DNA from: Cyanophora paradoxa CCMP329
Taxonomy: Eukaryota; Plantae; Glaucophyta
Direction: 5' to 3'
DNA: 64,000 nt
Assembly (NCBI GenBank): GCA_004431415.1
Contig: QPMI01000580.1
Span: 31,002-95,001, forward strand
The notes beneath the pieces are model-generated. The model made no database searches. It had not been told where the DNA came from and was given only the letters and a program-made list of their open reading frames with translations. Position numbers and translations under genes: made by a program. Every line of letters begins with the position of its first letter. Within the stretch, counting starts at the first letter, position 1. Shown here in pieces: positions 58,804 to 64,000 of this stretch.

Positions 58804-59535
58804 TTAAAGCCAAACTCGTCTTTTATATACTGTTGGGGCTACTCCCTTTTCGACTTCAGCTTTGGTGGCACCAGGTTCAATAGTTCCCTTCTGGGTCTTT
58901 GTTTTCATTTCATCTACTGCCTGCTCATCAATTTGGTTCTCTTTCTTAGCAATAAACTGTTTATCTGGGACACCAGTAATGCCCATTTTATAAACTTCCT
59001 TTCGAAGCATCTCCTTTAGCTTGGATCTCTCTTTCTTCTCAGTAACATACTGCTCCAAGGCACTTGATTTGGCTTCCAGATCTTTGAGTTTAGCAGTCAT
59101 CTCATCCATTGAGCCTTGGAATTCGATGAATATTTTGAGTGGGAGCAGTCTTGTATGTGACTTCACCAGCCATAGACTGAATTACCTTGTCTGATTCCTT
59201 ACTAAGACCCTCACCTTTGCGAGCCAGTGAAAGATCTTGCAAGCCTAAACCTTTGTCATCAGCAGCCCCAATAATTCGCCTGGCACCCTCAGCAACAGCT
59301 TTCATTTTTGAGGCTTCTGGTGAGATGTTGAGTTGGTCACTGGTTGAAGCCTGTGGGGCTTTGTCATCAACTGATTCCTCATAGGCAGCATTGAGGGGGT
59401 CTTCTTCTTGCTGTGAGGGCTTCACCTCATTCATACCATTGAATTTCATTGGTTCAGTATTAATGGATCCATTGTTTCCACCACCTGAATAGCAACAGCC
59501 CCAGCTGGAATCCCTATCTTTCGTTTGGGAGGCAT
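58804..59535 (-). CDS. Hypothetical viral protein (MPPKRK start), probably one gene with frameshifts
   Basis: Abutting ORFs 59102-59449 and 58804-59166 plus an upstream ATG at 59535. Confidence 0.5.
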
Positions 59536-59563
59536 TGTATCTTTATTAGAATGAGAGATAATT

Positions 59564-60358
59564 TTATAAACCGCGTTTATATCGCATCAATTTATTGCTA
59601 TGGACTTGGCTTTTCACTTCTTTAGGGGCTTCCTCTTTCTCTGGTGGTTTCAGTTCATCTTCTTTCTTCTTGGGCTTCCTGTGGAAGCGAGGAAAATCGA
59701 AATCTCCAACTAAATCGGCTTTATCAACATAGTAGCCCACATTATACTTGAAAGATGTATAAACAAGGAATTGATATGAGTGGACATACTCTTCAAACAG
59801 TTGATAGAAATCTTCTTTGCGAGGAAAAGTCGAAAACTCCTCTGCAAATGCTTCCAGCTCTTTTTGATTGCTTGCACAAACCATAATTACTATATCACTA
59901 TTGCAGCGAATAACACTTGCGACCTTTCTTAATTTTTGGGAAATAGTTATAATTGATATATTGACATGTCTGCCACGAACATAAAGCATTCCCACTGTTT
60001 TATCTCGACTGAGATCCAGCTGGTCATTTTCTATCATATCCTCTAAAATCACCAGCATATGGTTAAGTTCTTCTCCTTTCTCCCTTTTTGCCTCTCTTTC
60101 TTTTATAATTTTCGACATGTATTGGGGATCCCATGCACCCAGTTGAACAGTAGCAGCTTTGTCCCAAAAATGTGAAAATGAGGTAGCGGATATAATAAGT
60201 GTTGTATCAATCTTTTTGGCATCATGCAGCTGTTTCAAATAATATTTTACAGCTTCTGTTTTTCCGCATCCACTTTTTCCGAGTATGAGTAGTCTGAAAG
60301 GGGGTTCTATCATTTCACCAGCCACAAATTCATCCAGATCAGAACTTGGTATTGGCAT
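59564..60358 (-). CDS. A32-like packaging ATPase (B)
   Basis: PFRLLILGKSGCGKT, VILED, RGRHVNISIITISQ, IRCNSD. Confidence 0.93.
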   Translation of the reverse strand: MPIPSSDLDEFVAGEMIEPPFRLLILGKSGCGKTEAVKYYLKQLHDAKKIDTTLIISATSFSHFWDKAATVQLGAWDPQYMSKIIKEREAKREKGEELNHMLVILEDMIENDQLDLSRDKTVGMLYVRGRHVNISIITISQKLRKVASVIRCNSDIVIMVCASNQKELEAFAEEFSTFPRKEDFYQLFEEYVHSYQFLVYTSFKYNVGYYVDKADLVGDFDFPRFHRKPKKKEDELKPPEKEEAPKEVKSQVHSNKLMRYKRGL

Positions 60359-60414
60359 TGTGTATCTTTCTATAAAGAAACAGATAAAAATAATGCAAGG
60401 TGACTGAATATGGT

Positions 60415-61146
60415 TTACAGGTTAGATAGGAATCGTTTAATGCAACCCTCAATATCAGTTTCAGTGTATGGGATTCTCAGTAGTTTAATGTTGTTAGCTT
60501 CACAGTATCGATTTTTTATTCCATCATTAATTTGAACCTGTTTAAATTGCTCTTCACCATTATCAGCACCAAACCACTTTCTTGGTTTGAAATGTTGAAT
60601 ACCATCATATTCTATTGCAATTCGAAGAGAATCAATATAGAAATCGAACCTTAATGGAAACTTATTTCTACAATCTTTGAACGTATGTTGTTGTGTATAC
60701 CCCAATCCAATGGAGTCCAACACTTTGCACACCTCTTCCTCACCTTTTGAAGATCTACAAAATGGGCAACCAGTATTTCGAATATGAATGATTGGGGGTT
60801 GCATGAACTCTTTGTTACAAGAGTTGCATCTTATACAAACTGGTGTGTGAGCTTTCACATATTCTACTTTATTATAACAATATTTGTCTCCATGTGTTTT
60901 TCTTGATTGCTCTATAAATGTTTCCAGCTCTTTTCTGCGTTCATTTCCCAACCGCTGAAAACTACATTTTTTACAGCTTGACCCTCTTAGATGGTGATCC
61001 ACACGCTGTTCAAATATTGTACTGCAAGTCAGACAAGAAATGAGAACTTTATCCTTGCATTTTGTAAATTGAACCTTCGAATAATCGAATTTACCATTAT
61101 GCTTGGCATTTGCACGATCTACAAACTCATTAATTGTGAGGGGCAT
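60415..61146 (-). CDS. Putative homing endonuclease: two Cys/His (DUF723-like) repeats plus a Vsr/DUF559-like PD-(D/E)xK domain
   Basis: HNGKFDYSKV..C..C..HLRGSSCKKC repeated; SKGE, LRFDFY, IEYDGIQH, KNRYC..IKLLRIPY. Confidence 0.85.
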   Translation of the reverse strand: MPLTINEFVDRANAKHNGKFDYSKVQFTKCKDKVLISCLTCSTIFEQRVDHHLRGSSCKKCSFQRLGNERRKELETFIEQSRKTHGDKYCYNKVEYVKAHTPVCIRCNSCNKEFMQPPIIHIRNTGCPFCRSSKGEEEVCKVLDSIGLGYTQQHTFKDCRNKFPLRFDFYIDSLRIAIEYDGIQHFKPRKWFGADNGEEQFKQVQINDGIKNRYCEANNIKLLRIPYTETDIEGCIKRFLSNL

Positions 61147-61219
61147 TTTACTTTATAAAGGTTTCCAAAAATAAATAATCATTTTTTCTTTAAATGCCTT
61201 ACTGTTTATCGTAAGGTTA

Positions 61220-62582
61220 TCAAAGATTTATACGACGTAATCCATCTTTGTCCAAAATTATATAGCTATGCATGAGAGCGCGAACATTGACATCGATTAC
61301 CTTATCTGAAGGCATGTAGAGGGTGAGGAAGGAAGAAGAGGAATTTGTTAAATCGACATAACCAGACTGGGCAATATTTCGAGTTGCCTTCTCTCCATCA
61401 ATGCAGAAACTTAAACCTGAAAGGACATAGCGATCAGCAACCTTATCCATGTTAGAGCATTTGAAGGCATCAGCAATTAGCTCAGCACCTTTGAGTAGGG
61501 AAATTGGCTCAGTGGCATAAAGTCGCTGTCCATTAATTTCAACAGTGAAAGTAATATCTTTGGAGTTGGCATAGGTCTTAAGAACACTGTGGGAGCCAGT
61601 GGATTTATCAACAGTTGCATTATCACGAACTGAAACAAGCAGAGCATAAACAAGACCTGAGATTTGAGAGAGGTTAATTCGATTGGTGGGCATTGCCCTT
61701 GGCAGGGAAAGCACTAGCATCTACAAATCCAATATCAAGGAGGGAATAGCCATGCCAGTAGTCTTTACTTTTTCAATTACAGTAGCGAAAAGCTCATCAG
61801 AAACATTAATAGCATGCATGTAAAGGCGAGGAGAAGTAATAGAAATGACAGGGTTGTTGCACCAAGAGTAAAGTCTGTGATGTTTTGACCAACATTTGCC
61901 AGAACAGTTTCAGCAGGGGCAGTTCCAAGACCGTCATCTTTTGAATAATCTACATCAGCTGCTGCAACAGTAAGACCACGACCACCATAGGAAGTTTCAA
62001 CATAACCCTTTCCAGCATCCTTAAACCAAACAGTAACAACCATTTCACCAGATAAAGCACCAAGGGGAAGGTAGTGATTTAGCCAAGGCACAGGAATTTC
62101 AACGAAAAATGAGCCACCAAGGCGGTTGGTTCCATGAGCAGGAATGCCATGAACCATGCCCATTGATCGCTTCTTTTTAGCTAGTTGATCCTCCGAATAA
62201 TAGACCAGGGGAAATGAGCAAGGAAATCAGATGGAATATGGTAGGTGTAAGATCCATAGGTAATTTCAAGTCGCTGAACTAAAGCACCAACTGGCGAGTG
62301 TATCCATTGCGAACTAGGTCAGTATCACCAGCAAAGTGATGGCTGGAAGGTCGAAAGCAAGTTCGAGTTTTCCACAGAAATTGTAGCGAGGTAGCTTGAA
62401 GGAAATGCGATTTCCAACATTATTCTCAAAAGTATTGCTGGGATTCACAACAACTAGAACTGGCTTAGACTTGGATTCGAGACCAAGCATAAGGGAGTTA
62501 TCCAGGAAAAGGCTTTCGCCTCCTCTGGGGTTGTTAGGGCTTCTTTCAGCGAAAGTCTTTGAAGAGTGGAAGTGATATCCAT
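61220..62582 (-). CDS. Putative major capsid protein (B), multiply frameshifted
   Basis: LKEALTT-RGGESLFL..ISFKLPR, YLPLGAL, ALLVSVR and GYVDLTNSSSS align by eye with A2 MCP LKELLTTKGSSELYL..AFDLPR, YFPLLAL, AILMTVR and GYTDFFNSSSS. Confidence 0.72.
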
Positions 62583-62635
62583 TATATTCTCTTTTATTAT
62601 ACTGCAACATAAAAAATCTACCAATGATCCTTAAT

Positions 62636-63631
62636 TTATGCGAAGTTTGTAATAACTGGATAGGAAGGGTGAAGCTGCGACATTCTCATCTTATAGTATT
62701 CATAAACTGGGTCCCCAGCTGGCTCATCACCATAGCGAATTCAAAGTCAGATGAACAGGTTGACCCTCAAAATCAATTGGTTCATTTACAGCATTAACAA
62801 TATCAACGAGAAAGTGGATAATCCAACCTTCTTATTATAATATTTATAAAGTGGATGAGCCTCTGTTGAATTGTAAACAACATGCTCACCATAATCTTTG
62901 TCAGGAACCACTATTTTATGGAAGTAACCAGTCAGAAGACCATCCCACATTGAACCAGATCACCCAGCTCCTTTACTCTCACAAACAAAACACTGTCCCT
63001 GGTCTTCTCAGGCTCAAAAGAAGATATAATGCCATTCACTCGACCATCAGTAAAGATTCCATCAGTGAGAGCATCATAAACTTGGATTTGATTGGGGAAT
63101 TCCCATATCTTCCAGGATCAAGACAAGCAGTCTAGCTAACTCAATAGCTTTTGGATTGTTGTTGGCTTGGTTACAGCAAGTGAGAAAGCCAGGTAAAAGG
63201 CACTGCCGAGTGGAATATAATTCGTTTCAGTGACTCATCCCATTTGCAGCGAATGGATGGTTGGGGAGTTCTGCCAATGAATTTGGAGTTGATTACATTC
63301 ACCAGCTGTTGTGGCTTTGGATGGGGTCTCGCGATTACCATGAATTGTTCCATTGTTCAAAAATCAGCAGCTGGCGAGTTGTTGGAATTCCTGAGCTTCC
63401 AGCTCCTGGAGTTTGTTCCGAATAATAAATACTAAATGTGTTATCAACTGTGACATCTCCTGCTTTGGTTTCACCACTCACCATAGGGATGCTGTTAAAA
63501 ATTCGGCTGAGACCAGTCTCACAGCCCTCACATTCTCATAACTACTGGGAGTCTAGCCACAAAGCTTGATGTGGGACCATCACCAAGAGATTGTATTAAA
63601 TGAGCTAAACCTCGATGTAATCCACAGGCAT
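62636..63631 (-). CDS. Penton-like protein (B, copy 2), heavily frameshifted
   Basis: Fragments read SSFVARLPVV..VRAVRLVSAEF near the start and EPIDFEGQPVHLTL near the end. Confidence 0.5.
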
Positions 63632-63660
63632 TCTTCTTTTATCTATATTTATATATTAAA

Positions 63661-64000
63661 ATGAACCGGCTCGTTAATATTGATAGCAGGGATAGAAGCC
63701 AAGGACAAAATGAAAAACTCTTACAGGGTCACCCTCACAACTCCAGTAGAGAGACCAAGGGAATGCAGGGTTCTATATGCAGAGATTCCAAACAGCATCT
63801 ATAACAGTGTGGGAACTGATCATCTAACAGTTCAGTTTAATTACCAAGATGGTTCATATAACCAAGTGATCACACAACAAGTGTATCCCCTTCCCAGTGG
63901 CTACATCAATCAGGGTCATTTTGGGTAACACACCCTTATAATTATGGGCTGAACTATTCAAGCTTCCAAACCATTGCAGGCAAAACAGTAGCTTTTGAGT
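63661..64000 (+). CDS. Penton/minor capsid protein (B, copy 1), 5' part, frameshifted
   Basis: MNRLVNIDSRDR then NSYRVTLTTPVERPRECRVLYAEIPNSIYN..LPSGY; matches the A2 penton start VNVDSRDR. Confidence 0.75.

Larger units (their letters stand above)
47732..64000 (-). mobile_element. Polinton-like virus B (AT-rich, incomplete at window end)
   Basis: Abrupt composition shift. Contains INT, pPolB, GIY-YIG, primase-helicase, ATPase, MCP and pentons. Left junction uncertain by a few nt. Confidence 0.9.

Noticed and set aside
29363-64000. Bacterial prophage or contaminant contig
   Set aside because: The gene set (pPolB with EndoVII-like insert, rve INT, A32 ATPase, penton) is that of eukaryotic Polinton-like viruses and is joined to intron-containing host DNA through element ends.

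Overview
Two compartments. (1) 1-28.4 kb: very GC-rich eukaryotic (protist/algal-type) host DNA with short introns, many of them GC-AG. It encodes an OTU deubiquitinase, a NIMA-related kinase, ASCC3/Slh1 helicase, a PhzF-like protein, an F-box protein, an AMSH-like JAMM deubiquitinase, a CCCH protein and 5-formyl-THF cyclo-ligase, plus an (AAAGCTC)n satellite. The style suggests a glaucophyte such as Cyanophora, but that is a low-confidence inference. (2) 28.4-64 kb: a nested stack of mobile elements. A host gene is cut in exon 2 by a putative non-autonomous DNA transposon (CACTA- or hAT-like). That element is interrupted at ~29363 by Polinton-like virus A1. The HNH-AP2 gene of A1 is split at its DHI active-site codons by a complete, oppositely oriented 11.4-kb relative, A2 (35620-47030). 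A2 has ~270-300 bp TIRs (AAAAAATGAGAG...CTCTCATTTTTT) and a CACATT target-site duplication. It encodes pPolB, rve integrase, an AT-hook protein, HNH-AP2, an A32 ATPase, a putative MCP and a penton, but no recognisable maturation protease. The ATPase of A1 is truncated at ~47730 by a third, AT-rich, CpG-depleted, distantly related element B that runs off the window end. B carries a terminal hairpin, repeat arrays, rve integrase, an exonuclease-degenerate pPolB, GIY-YIG, an AEP primase-SF3 helicase with an iteron-like block, AT-hook proteins, an ATPase, a nuclease, an MCP and two pentons. Many single-base frameshifts in the viral genes look like long-read indel errors, although decay cannot be excluded.
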